A DNA stretch of 41,802 nucleotides from an uncultured archaeon (GCA_938045545.1 CALIBN010000001.1:1-41802); one strand, 5' to 3'; positions 18,520 to 27,012 are shown, counted from the stretch's first letter. Notes: generated by a model not told the origin, from the letters alone. Program-made: numbers and translations.

Positions 18520-19650
18520 CTAGATTAAGCCGGCGATTATCGCGATGCCCACTGTCAAAAGCAGGATGCCGGCTAGAAGCCTCATGTATCTTCTGTTCTC
18601 AATCCTCCAAGCATCTATCTCGACTATGCTTCTGCCAAAGTATACTATTAGGAGTATTACTATGAGTGGGAAGATGAATATCAAGTTATAAAGGAAGAGT
18701 AGGAGGAATACTTCAAGCGTCAAGCCTATTTTAGAAAGCAGGTATAGTATTGTTATGTATATTCCGCCTGTGCACGGGAGTTCAACCATTGAGACAGCCA
18801 TGCCGACTAAGAGTCCTGCGCCAACGCTCATTGTTTCTGAATACTTTCCTAGGATTCTGCTTAAGGCTCCTGGTTGCTCAAGGCTGAAGCCTTTACCATA
18901 GTAGAAGAACTCTTTAAACTCTAGGATGCTGAACAGGATGGCTGCTGAGCCAACTATGTAGCGTAAAATGCTTCTAAACAAAGCTATGCTAATTACGTAC
19001 AGCAGGCCTATTCCTGCAGCCAGGTAGGATGCCATTACGCCTGTGATGAAGGCTCCGCAAGTGGTCAGCATTTTTCTTGATGAGCCTGCTTGAAGAGAGT
19101 ATGTGATGAGTAGAACTATAGTTGCGAATGCGCATGGGTTCAACGAGTCTATGAAGGCTGCGAGGACTACGCTGACTAGTGAAGGCAGAGGGACAATTGG
19201 CGGATGCTGCTCAATAAAAGCCATTATTATTTCTCCAGCCTTATCGCGATATTCACGGCCATGGCTGTACTCAAGCATCAATTTCTCAAGGTTTTTAGTG
19301 ACCTCTTCCTCTCCGATCAGGCATGCGTCCCCTATGAAGACCGTCGGAACCTCGCGAGACTCCTCCGGTACGTTGAAGCCTTCGGCAAGAGCCACGAATA
19401 GCTCTATATTCGTATCGTTATTCGAGATTTCGAACCTTTTGAAAACCACGGCCGGATAACTTGCCTTAATCCTGCTAATATAATCCTCAACCCTTGCGCA
19501 ATGCTCACAACCCTCTGCGACAAAATAGTAAACAGTTATGGCTTGCTGTTCAGCGACAAGAACAATAAGAGGAGTGACGAGTATAAGAAAAGTTAAAACA
19601 AAAATGAGAAACCCAGGAAAACTGTTTGAGGATAATCGCTTCAATCTCAA
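18520..19650 (-). CDS. Thioredoxin/glutaredoxin-fold domain fused to a CcdA/DsbD-type transmembrane domain
   Basis: CEHC plus VPTVFIG thioredoxin fold; DSLNPCAF and ELPCTGG TM cysteines; multiple TM helices. Confidence 0.88.
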   Translation of the reverse strand: MRLKRLSSNSFPGFLIFVLTFLILVTPLIVLVAEQQAITVYYFVAEGCEHCARVEDYISRIKASYPAVVFKRFEISNNDTNIELFVALAEGFNVPEESREVPTVFIGDACLIGEEEVTKNLEKLMLEYSHGREYRDKAGEIIMAFIEQHPPIVPLPSLVSVVLAAFIDSLNPCAFATIVLLITYSLQAGSSRKMLTTCGAFITGVMASYLAAGIGLLYVISIALFRSILRYIVGSAAILFSILEFKEFFYYGKGFSLEQPGALSRILGKYSETMSVGAGLLVGMAVSMVELPCTGGIYITILYLLSKIGLTLEVFLLLFLYNLIFIFPLIVILLIVYFGRSIVEIDAWRIENRRYMRLLAGILLLTVGIAIIAGLI

Positions 19651-19657
19651 GTCCCCT

Positions 19658-20545
19658 TTATTTCAACAGGAAAGTTATTGTAACGTTAAGGTTCAAACTA
19701 TTGTATTTGATTATGCACGTCAGATAGTTAAGCCCGGTTTCAACCCCATAGCATGGAGAGCATGGAACATCTATGATGAAAGATTTTGAATTAAAACCTT
19801 TTGCAACGTGAATTCTCAAGACCCCTGAGGGGTCAATCCACTTATTTCTCACCACATAACCCCTATAACGGCTCTTAAAGCCGAATATTTCAATATCGAC
19901 ATCTCCGAGATTCTTACTGCTAAGCAGGATGATTGTAAAATTGACGTCGCCGTTTGACAATTGATACTCATCCCTATCTGTGAAAACCGAGAGGATTAGT
20001 GTCAGATCATCTTTAGAATAATAGCTGGTAGCATAGGAGTTTAGCTTCGAGAGATACTTATTAGCATTCTCAACGCTTCCCAGAATCTCTAAACATGTTT
20101 CAGCTAAGCTACGGTTTACAAGCCAGTAGGAGAAGAATTCCGAAACACTCTGGTTATAACTGTTAACGTCAGCCATGTAGTTGTACTTATTGTCGAATAA
20201 TAGCGCACTATCGTAATCAGTCATGTTAACATGCTCCATTAGAGAAGATATTCTTTCGAACCTCTGTTGCTCACGTAAATACTGAGAGTAGTCTAAACTA
20301 TTGTTTAGCAGCCAGTGTGAAAAAAAGCTTAAGACACTCTGGTTATATTTCCCATCAGAAGCCAGGTAACTGTATTTTTCGTCGAAGATGGATGCCTTAA
20401 CGTAATCAGTCGTGTTAGCGTATTTCATGAGTGAAGAAATTCTCTCTGACCGTGAACGCTGCTCAGCGTAGTATTTATAACCGAAATAGCCAGCTATAAT
20501 CAATATGATTACAATTATCAACGTGATTCCGATTACATGCCGCAT
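19658..20545 (-). CDS. Hypothetical membrane-anchored extracellular protein with an internal tandem repeat and a C-terminal CxxC
   Basis: N-terminal TM; two ~51-aa repeats 63 aa apart; CSPC; several N-x-S/T sequons; 7 nt upstream of the ccdA-like gene. Confidence 0.75.
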   Translation of the reverse strand: MRHVIGITLIIVIILIIAGYFGYKYYAEQRSRSERISSLMKYANTTDYVKASIFDEKYSYLASDGKYNQSVLSFFSHWLLNNSLDYSQYLREQQRFERISSLMEHVNMTDYDSALLFDNKYNYMADVNSYNQSVSEFFSYWLVNRSLAETCLEILGSVENANKYLSKLNSYATSYYSKDDLTLILSVFTDRDEYQLSNGDVNFTIILLSSKNLGDVDIEIFGFKSRYRGYVVRNKWIDPSGVLRIHVAKGFNSKSFIIDVPCSPCYGVETGLNYLTCIIKYNSLNLNVTITFLLK

Positions 20546-20658
20546 TCCTTTCCTAGAAATTTCTACCGCGAATTATAAACTTTTCGAATACCGCATTGAA
20601 ATAATTAATTTAATTGCTGAATCAAGCGGTTCTCATGCATCTAAATCCTATTCCCGTC

Positions 20659-20690
20659 AAGTTTAAATAGTAGTTGGATAAATTATCCAA
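20659..20690 (+). promoter_or_regulatory. TATA box plus palindromic operator, copy 1
   Basis: AAG-TTTAAATA(20662-20669)-GTAG-TTGGATAAATTATCCAA(20674-20690). Confidence 0.8.
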
Positions 20691-20697
20691 ATCTGTA

Positions 20698-21258
20698 ATG
20701 GCCTATGTTCAACCAAGGCTTCTGGCGAAAAGGGTTGCCTCACTAGCCGTATTAGCAGCCCTAGCAATCTCCTCAAACTATGTTCTGATAAGCTTGCCAA
20801 ATGTCAAGCTTATGGATGCGATAGTTTTCGCATCAAGCATGGCTATGGGTTTAAAGTTTGGAGCAGGGCTCGCAATACTCATATGGATGGTTTACGGAAC
20901 TCTGAATCCATATGGGCTTAATCTTCCAACGCTGATAGTTGTCACGCTCAGTGAAATGGTGTACGTATTGTTCTCTAGAATACCTGCAGCCCTAGGATTC
21001 ACGGCAACTAAAGCAAGCATCCGAGATTCTCTAGTTCTGGCTTCAATAGGTCTGTTTTCAACGCTAATATACGATCTTGCAACGAACGCTTTCGTGGGGT
21101 ATTTGTTCTACGGGTCTGTTCTAATGGGGCTAATCACAATGAACTTCCCCATCCCCATGGGTATTTTTCATGAGCTTTCTAACGCATTGTTCTTTCCGAT
21201 CGCTGTGCCATTAATATATAGGGTTTTAAAAAACGAGGCTGCTACTGTAAAACTCTAA
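20698..21258 (+). CDS. ECF transporter S component (CbrT-like, possibly cobalamin)
   Basis: AVLAALAIS, LPNVKLMDAIVF, about 6 TM helices, HELSN; ATG 20698 preferred because TTG 20674 lies inside the operator. Confidence 0.8.
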   Translation: MAYVQPRLLAKRVASLAVLAALAISSNYVLISLPNVKLMDAIVFASSMAMGLKFGAGLAILIWMVYGTLNPYGLNLPTLIVVTLSEMVYVLFSRIPAALGFTATKASIRDSLVLASIGLFSTLIYDLATNAFVGYLFYGSVLMGLITMNFPIPMGIFHELSNALFFPIAVPLIYRVLKNEAATVKL

Positions 21259-21294
21259 GCCGCTAGGAATAAATTAGGTATTTGGTCATAGTAA

Positions 21295-21327
21295 AAGTTT
21301 AAATAGTCGTTGGATAAATTGTCCAAC
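21295..21327 (+). promoter_or_regulatory. TATA box plus palindromic operator, copy 2
   Basis: AAG-TTTAAATA(21298-21305)-GTCG-TTGGATAAATTGTCCAA(21310-21326); AGGTGA RBS at 21331-21336. Confidence 0.8.
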
Positions 21328-21341
21328 TCAAGGTGATCATA

Positions 21342-21836
21342 ATGTCTAAAGAGCCATCACACCACAGAAGGCTCCTCATAGTCACAGTTCTAATCTTCAC
21401 AGCAACACTTGTCGGAGAAACACTCTACCTAGCCGGTCTTATAAGACAGCTAGACACGCTTAAGGAGGAAATAAACGCCCTAGCCAGGAGTGTTGAGCCA
21501 ATCACCCTAAGAGTAAGTCTCCTCGTGAAGTATGACGGCACTGAGAGGTGGTTTAACAATACTCTTGTGCCCGTCGGCTGGACCTTATTCAACTTAACCC
21601 TTTACGCTCTGGGGGGAAACGTGGATTATCAAGCATATCCTTTCGGCGTGTTCGTCACAGGGATAGGGGGCGTGAACCAGCATGGGAACCATTATTGGTT
21701 CTGGTATAGGTGGGATCCGGAGACGCGTGACTGGGTTCTAGGAGAAACAGGTGCAGACGCGTATGTTCTCAAGCATGGCGATGTCTTAGCATGGTACTTG
21801 GTGGACACCAGCAGTTGGCCCCCGGCTAAGCCTTAA
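21342..21836 (+). CDS. Membrane-anchored DUF4430 (transcobalamin C-terminal-like) protein
   Basis: TM anchor, FGVFVTGIGG, YWFWY, GADAYVLKHGDVLAWY; ATG 21342 follows the RBS. Confidence 0.85.
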   Translation: MSKEPSHHRRLLIVTVLIFTATLVGETLYLAGLIRQLDTLKEEINALARSVEPITLRVSLLVKYDGTERWFNNTLVPVGWTLFNLTLYALGGNVDYQAYPFGVFVTGIGGVNQHGNHYWFWYRWDPETRDWVLGETGADAYVLKHGDVLAWYLVDTSSWPPAKP

Positions 21837-21870
21837 CGTTTTTCTACAGGCTCTGCAAGTCTATAACTAG

Positions 21871-22485
21871 TTGTCCGTGCTGGAGTATTTGAAAAGGCTT
21901 GTCCAAGAGTGCGAGAAGCACCCAAAGGACTACACGCCCGGCCACGTACTGCTGACCATTCTCCAAATAGGAGAGGGAACTGTTTCACGGGCTAAGCTTC
22001 AAAGGCTGCTTGGCCTAGGTGAGGGCTCTGTCAAAAGCATGGTTAAATGCATGAAGAAATACGGTTTAATCTCCACCTCAGCCAGCGGCAGCAGGTTAAC
22101 CGGCAGGGGGATCGGGATTCTTAAACGCGTAAGGCTTCACGTTCCAGAGCTGAGTAAAACCGTTTTAGACTACTTATCTGTTGGAAGGGTAAACTATATG
22201 GCCGTCTTAAGAGGCATCGGGCCTCTTGACGCTTTAAAGACAAGGGATATGGCGGTTAGACTTGGGGGGAGTGGAGCGGTGCTTCTAACCCTGAAGGAAG
22301 GGGGTTTTAGAATACCCTATGTTACGGAGGACCTTAGAAGCTTCTCGGTGAAAGACCATGAGGAGCTGAGCAAACTGAGCCTTAAAGATAACGATTTCAT
22401 ACTTATCGTGGGCGGGGAGGATGAACGCTCAGCCCTGGGAGCCCTAGGGTCAATACTTCTGGAGCTGTTCATGCGTCAAGCTTAA
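21871..22485 (+). CDS. Winged-HTH plus DUF4443-like domain protein (putative regulator)
   Basis: VSRAKLQRLLGLGEGSVKSMV...GSRLTGRG HTH; RDMAVRLGGSGA C-terminal domain. Confidence 0.75.
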   Translation: MSVLEYLKRLVQECEKHPKDYTPGHVLLTILQIGEGTVSRAKLQRLLGLGEGSVKSMVKCMKKYGLISTSASGSRLTGRGIGILKRVRLHVPELSKTVLDYLSVGRVNYMAVLRGIGPLDALKTRDMAVRLGGSGAVLLTLKEGGFRIPYVTEDLRSFSVKDHEELSKLSLKDNDFILIVGGEDERSALGALGSILLELFMRQA

Positions 22486-22512
22486 ATCCTAGCGTGAAAC
22501 ATTGACAGCAGG

Positions 22513-23355
22513 TTGACAATAGCCGTTTTAACGCATAAGCCACACTCATACTCATCCATACGCCTGATGGAGGAAGCGGGTAAGCTTGGTGTCGATTGCC
22601 AGCTGGTCTCGTTCAGCGAAACCGCGCTTATTTTGAAAGAAGGCATCGTAAAGCTGAAGGTATTTCACGATAAGGGTGTTAGAAAGATTTTCTCAAGGCC
22701 TAAAACCCTGTTAAGACCCATCCTGCTGTACGCACTCTCATTAACCAGGATTCTCGAGGAAGAAGGATTCTACGTGGTTAACCCGTTTAAAGGATTCATG
22801 AATACTTTAGACAAGATGATCACCTACAGGAACCTTTGCATGAGAAAACTTCCAGTGCCGGATTCCATACTCACGCCTTCGCGGGAAAGCGTTAGAGAGA
22901 CGCCGCCGCCCTTCTTCTTGAAGCCGATATACGGCTCAAGGGGCAGGGGGGTCAAGCTTGTTGAAAGCGTGAACGTCATCTCTAGTCTTGAAGCCCACGG
23001 GGCTTGGGTGATTCAAGCCCCAGTTAGGGATGCGGATTGGGACCTGAGGATGCTCGTCTTAAATGGGCATGTGCTAGCAGCAATGAAAAGAGTTTCAAAC
23101 AAGCCTGTTACAAACATATCTCAAGGAGGGTTGGGGGAAGCCTTCAAAGGGGACGAGGAGGTGATGGAGCTCGCGGTCAATGCTACCGAGGCTTTAAGCT
23201 GTGTTTTCGCGGGTGTCGACATATCTTTCAAGAACGGCGAAGCTTTTATACTCGACGTTAACCCTCAACCAGATTTCATGGGTGTGGAGGAAGCGACTGG
23301 GGTGAACGTGGCCCGAGAAATAATCCGCCACATGCTTTTCAAGGCAGGGGAATAG
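22513..23355 (+). CDS. RimK/LysX/CofF-family ATP-grasp amino-acid ligase
   Basis: DKMIT, KPIYGSRGRGV, DLR, TNISQGG, AGVDI, DVNPQPDF. Confidence 0.85.
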   Translation: MTIAVLTHKPHSYSSIRLMEEAGKLGVDCQLVSFSETALILKEGIVKLKVFHDKGVRKIFSRPKTLLRPILLYALSLTRILEEEGFYVVNPFKGFMNTLDKMITYRNLCMRKLPVPDSILTPSRESVRETPPPFFLKPIYGSRGRGVKLVESVNVISSLEAHGAWVIQAPVRDADWDLRMLVLNGHVLAAMKRVSNKPVTNISQGGLGEAFKGDEEVMELAVNATEALSCVFAGVDISFKNGEAFILDVNPQPDFMGVEEATGVNVAREIIRHMLFKAGE

Positions 23356-23357
23356 TC

Positions 23358-23978
23358 TTGAGGACTACTGGCATAGTTATTGCGCTTGGGCACGAGAGGG
23401 AGGGCTTTGTGGAGCTGAGCCAGCTTGAGGGATTCCCCGTTTTCCTTCACGTCGTCAGGAACATTGGGGAGGTAGCTGAGGAAGTAGCCTTGGCGGTGGC
23501 TAGGGATTCTCAGAATGTGTTTGCCGAGGCTGCTTCCCAATACGGCTTTGGAGAATGCAGCATTCTAGGTTTAAACCATACTGGAGACATGTTTAGCACT
23601 GTTAAAGAATGCTTGGAGAAGGTTTCAGGCGAAGTGGTTGTCACCGCCCCGGCTAACGCTCCCCTCATACCTGTGGACATACTTGCCTTGTTAGCGGAGC
23701 TTTGTGAGAAAAGGGATGCCGTGCTGGTTAGGGATGTGAAGGGGGGAGTAGACTGGCTTCTATCAGCCTACAACAGGCGGAGTTTCATGAATATTGTCGA
23801 AACAAGGAGGCCGACTGGCTTCGAAGAACTTGTGGACGGGCTTAGGAGAGTCATGTACATAGCTCACTCCGGTTTGAAAGACATAGACCCCATGCTTTTC
23901 ACGAACATAAGGGTAACCCGTGCCTCAGACATACCTTTCATAGAGAAGCTCCTAAAGGGGGCGAAAAGGGGGCGTTGA
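23358..23978 (+). CDS. Divergent MobA-like nucleotidyltransferase-fold protein
   Basis: Overall MobA layout (VVVTAPANAPLI...LLAELC...DAV...LLSAY; FTNI) but canonical LAGG and CDxP motifs are degenerate. Confidence 0.6.
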   Translation: MRTTGIVIALGHEREGFVELSQLEGFPVFLHVVRNIGEVAEEVALAVARDSQNVFAEAASQYGFGECSILGLNHTGDMFSTVKECLEKVSGEVVVTAPANAPLIPVDILALLAELCEKRDAVLVRDVKGGVDWLLSAYNRRSFMNIVETRRPTGFEELVDGLRRVMYIAHSGLKDIDPMLFTNIRVTRASDIPFIEKLLKGAKRGR

Positions 23979-23979
23979 G

Positions 23980-24726
23980 ATGATCAGGATATTCGGAATA
24001 AAGTATGACGGCTTCATTAAAAAAGGCGATAACCTTGCTAAGATAACAATAGAGTCTCTCAGGAGGACAGGCGTGGAGGTTGAGAACAGGGATGTGGTGA
24101 CGCTCACGCATGTCGCGGTTTCAAAGGCGATGGGCTATACGATTAGGCTTAGCGACGTTAAGCCAACCCCGTTGGCAATAGCTCTTGCAGACAGGCTTCA
24201 CAAGCCGCCGGAAGAGGTGGAAATAATACTTAGAGAAAGCAGAGAAATAGTGAGGCTTTCAGGAGGGCGCATAATAACTAGGAATAGGGGTGGTTTAATC
24301 TGTGCCAATTCCGGAATAGATTTTTCGAATGTGGACGGTGGCTTAAGCATGGCTTTTCAGCCAAGGAACTCGGATAGGATTGCTAGGAAGATAAGGAGAC
24401 AGTTTCTCGACGAGAATGTTGATGTGGGAGTAATAATCACTGATTCCTTTGAGAGACCCTTCAGAACGGGACAGGTCAACATGGCGATAGGATGCTCAGG
24501 AGTAGCCCCTATTAAGGACCTTAGGGGTAAAACAGACCTATTCGGATATGTTTTAAGGTTTAAGCGGATGGCGATAGTCGACGAGCTTGCTGCTGCGAGC
24601 GAGCTGGTGACGGGAAGCTCTTCGGAAGGCTTCATAGGAGCCTTAATAAAAGGATACCAGTATGAATTCTCAGATGAAGGCGTTAAAAGCATTCTGAGAA
24701 ATAGGAAAACCGACTTATTCCTTTGA
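23980..24726 (+). CDS. cofE: Coenzyme F420:L-glutamate ligase family protein
   Basis: GDNL, VSKAMG, CANSGIDFSNV, IITDSFERPFRTGQ, DLRGKTDLFG, DELAAASELV, DLF C-terminus. Confidence 0.9.
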   Translation: MIRIFGIKYDGFIKKGDNLAKITIESLRRTGVEVENRDVVTLTHVAVSKAMGYTIRLSDVKPTPLAIALADRLHKPPEEVEIILRESREIVRLSGGRIITRNRGGLICANSGIDFSNVDGGLSMAFQPRNSDRIARKIRRQFLDENVDVGVIITDSFERPFRTGQVNMAIGCSGVAPIKDLRGKTDLFGYVLRFKRMAIVDELAAASELVTGSSSEGFIGALIKGYQYEFSDEGVKSILRNRKTDLFL

Positions 24727-24860
24727 CACCCCCACGGCTAAAGCGGTGGGATTCCCGGCTCGTCGGCCTGGGGCTTCACCCTGCCGGGTTCAGGGCGGTG
24801 TCAACCCAGCCCCTGCCATCCGCATGTAGCGAATGGCCCGCCTCATTATTTCGTAGCTAG
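24723..24860 (-). ncRNA. Candidate TnpB reRNA/omega-RNA scaffold
   Basis: GC-rich hairpin-forming segment from the tnpB 3' remnant to the RE TCAA, the position where reRNAs are encoded; 5' boundary is a guess. Confidence 0.45.
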
Positions 24861-25067
24861 TTGTAGCCGGCGTTATGAATAGAACTGAGATGCTCTCCAA
24901 AGGCTCCTCGTTTCCGCTCCTCCGCAGCCCCAATTCATATCGGGCAATGGGTGGAATAATTATTCCGATCGTACTCAGATGACTCAGGCCGTTCTCGGAT
25001 GGGTCTCGGACGTTTAAGGGCGATTCATCCCCGAACCTGAAGGACATGGGCTTTCTCGCCGAATATG
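24723..25067 (-). mobile_element. Non-autonomous IS200/IS605-family miniature element (left end, tnpB 3' remnant, right end)
   Basis: Minus strand LE hairpin GGCGAGAAAGCCC...CCTTCAGG..CGGGGATGAATCGCC; RE GAAT-CCCACCGCTTTAGCCGTGGG-GGTG-TCAA; TnpB-tail-like IMRRAIRYMRMAGAGLTPP; no transposase, no TSD; left boundary +/- a few nt. Confidence 0.85.
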
Positions 25068-25125
25068 TTAAGATCTTTAAACCCGTGAAGAAACTGTTAA
25101 TAACCCTTAAACCATATGTCTAAAC

Positions 25126-25821
25126 ATGGTTGAAGGAGCTCCGGTTATGCATGAAGGAGAGCTCGTCGGGTTTGTTAAGAAAGAGTATGAAACAGCTAGG
25201 CTGATAGAAGTCATTCTGACGCGCGAGCCTGAGAAACAGATAGATCTTAGGGCTCTCAAGGAGGCGTTAAGAAGGCTCCCAAAGCCGCATAAGACTCTTC
25301 CCCCAGAAGCCGCTGAACTACTGGATGAGGATTCAATACTGGTCAGCAGTGCTCTAGCCAACCTGGTAGCACTACCCTTCACCAAACCGGTTATGAAAAC
25401 CCTGGTCCCGTTAGAGATGTTTAAGCCAGTATCCGGAACCCGATACATCCTTCAGATAGATGTCCCCGGTCAGGACTTAACTCCCGGGGTCGAAGACAGG
25501 CTTGCAGGCATACCTGGATTGGCTGGCGAATGGTTCGCAGGCAAGGTTGAGGGGGTGATAATCAGGAGGAGGAATGTCCCCATAGAAGTGCCGGTCAGAA
25601 CCGGGGTGATGGTTCCGCATGTCGAAGGAGCGGGCGAGTGCCTCACCATCTTTGACTTAAACAATGGTTTAAAAACGTTTAAAACGCTTGCTGACGCGAA
25701 CATCCCGATGATGTACGGCGACGTAATTCTCGTAGACGGGGTTCTGGATGAGAAGAAGCTTATTTTAAGAGCGAGACTAGTCTTCCTGATAAGGTCTAGA
25801 GAGATGTGGGTTTTCGACTAA
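25126..25821 (+). CDS. Hypothetical protein, possibly two OB-fold-like domains
   Basis: 231-aa ORF; C-terminal GKVEGVI...GDVILVDGVLD...LRARLV pattern is OB-like. Confidence 0.6.
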   Translation: MVEGAPVMHEGELVGFVKKEYETARLIEVILTREPEKQIDLRALKEALRRLPKPHKTLPPEAAELLDEDSILVSSALANLVALPFTKPVMKTLVPLEMFKPVSGTRYILQIDVPGQDLTPGVEDRLAGIPGLAGEWFAGKVEGVIIRRRNVPIEVPVRTGVMVPHVEGAGECLTIFDLNNGLKTFKTLADANIPMMYGDVILVDGVLDEKKLILRARLVFLIRSREMWVFD

Positions 25822-26459
25822 GAAACCGATTTAACCACGCTCGTAACGTTTTCAGGGTTTTCAGAGAAACTCCCTATCTTCCAAAAAGGCAGTATTAAGC
25901 AGCCGTCTAAAACCCTTTCCTCAGAGCCTAGGAAAGTAATCACCACCGGGTAAACAGCCTTCCTAATATTCCTCTTTTCCGCCAGATATTGGGAGAGAAG
26001 CCTGGTCCTTTCAAACTGGAGCCTGCAGGCTGAACGAATATTATAGTTCCTCCTGACCCATTGCTTGCAATCTATTGAGACAAGCATTCTCGGCGTCTCA
26101 ACAAGGATGTCTATCTCCCTAACAGTCTTTTTAAAGCTGAACCTGAAATGCTCCAAGACTCTGAATCCCTTGGCCCTGAACACTTCGGCGATAATTCTTT
26201 CAAAACCTCTCCAGTTAACTGATTTGAAAACATTCTCTAGGCTGACTCCTGACTCGACTGCGTGTTTAATAAGCATTAGGAATCCTTCCGGAAGAACTTT
26301 AACCCCTCTGCTCAGCTCAACGGCCCCGCCTTCCCGGGAGAGCAGCTTTAAACAGCAAGCGTATTCTGAAGCTTCCTTCCTGCTTACCAGCGGCCCCTTT
26401 TCCAGAAGCCTCTTTAAAAGCCTGAGAAACAGTGTTTCGCCATCCTCCTCCGGCAACAT
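25818..26459 (-). CDS. Mrr/NERD-like PD-(D/E)xK endonuclease
   Basis: WRGFERIIAEVFRAKGF, REIDIL, IDCKQW. Confidence 0.85.
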   Translation of the reverse strand: MLPEEDGETLFLRLLKRLLEKGPLVSRKEASEYACCLKLLSREGGAVELSRGVKVLPEGFLMLIKHAVESGVSLENVFKSVNWRGFERIIAEVFRAKGFRVLEHFRFSFKKTVREIDILVETPRMLVSIDCKQWVRRNYNIRSACRLQFERTRLLSQYLAEKRNIRKAVYPVVITFLGSEERVLDGCLILPFWKIGSFSENPENVTSVVKSVS

Positions 26460-26496
26460 GCTGAAGCATCGGGTGAGGAAGAATTATATTTATGGT

Positions 26497-27012
26497 TTGA
26501 AGCGTAGAACCGTGTTGAACGCTGCCTGGGCGCTGATGCTAATGGTCCTGCTGACGCCCCTCTGGACGGAGGGGAGCAATGGGGAAGTGAACATCACCGT
26601 AGTGTTGAAAGTCATCCCCTTCGACCCCATTGGGAGGCCTGATTTCAAGGTTTACGTAAACGGTTCTTCAAACCCATTCGGAGTGGAGCTTAAAGTAAGC
26701 CCTTCAGAACCCCTGGTTTTTAAAGTCCCCAAGGGCAGCTACCTGCGGATAAGCGGAGAGCTGGAGATAGCTGGCGACTATGGTTTCTGGTACCGGCTTG
26801 ACAGCGTTAACGGTACTGGTCGCTCAATAGAGTTTAAAGCCGACCGTGACACCGCCGTCTATTTAAACTATACGACTAACCACCTGCTTACATCACCCTA
26901 CTTCATAGCTGTCTACTTGCTGCTAGCACTGCTCTTCATCAGGAGACTCATTACATCGCCAAAACAGATAAAACATTTAAAAAGCAGTGGTAATGACACA
27001 TTACGGAAATGA
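26497..27012 (+). CDS. Hypothetical exported protein with signal peptide and C-terminal TM anchor
   Basis: Real start TTG 26497 or GTG 26512 (KRR plus hydrophobic stretch); the ORF-track extension to 26065 overlaps the opposite-strand nuclease. Confidence 0.65.
   Translation: MKRRTVLNAAWALMLMVLLTPLWTEGSNGEVNITVVLKVIPFDPIGRPDFKVYVNGSSNPFGVELKVSPSEPLVFKVPKGSYLRISGELEIAGDYGFWYRLDSVNGTGRSIEFKADRDTAVYLNYTTNHLLTSPYFIAVYLLLALLFIRRLITSPKQIKHLKSSGNDTLRK

Noticed and set aside
20674-20697. TTG start of the ECF S-component ORF in the track
   Set aside because: Lies within the operator only 4 nt after the TATA box, upstream of the expected TSS
24790-25047. 85-aa minus-strand ORF
   Set aside because: Spans the left-end hairpin of the IS remnant; only its last ~20 codons resemble a TnpB tail, so not a functional gene
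24723-25067. GC-rich structured segment as tRNA, SRP or RNase P RNA
   Set aside because: No T-loop/anticodon arrangement or SRP/RNase P conserved motifs; IS605 end motifs explain it better
25818-26459. Mrr-like nuclease as a defence island
   Set aside because: Stand-alone among housekeeping genes with host-like composition and no methyltransferase or partner
26065-26496. N-terminal extension of ORF 26065-27012
   Set aside because: Overlaps the opposite-strand endonuclease; the signal peptide begins at about 26497
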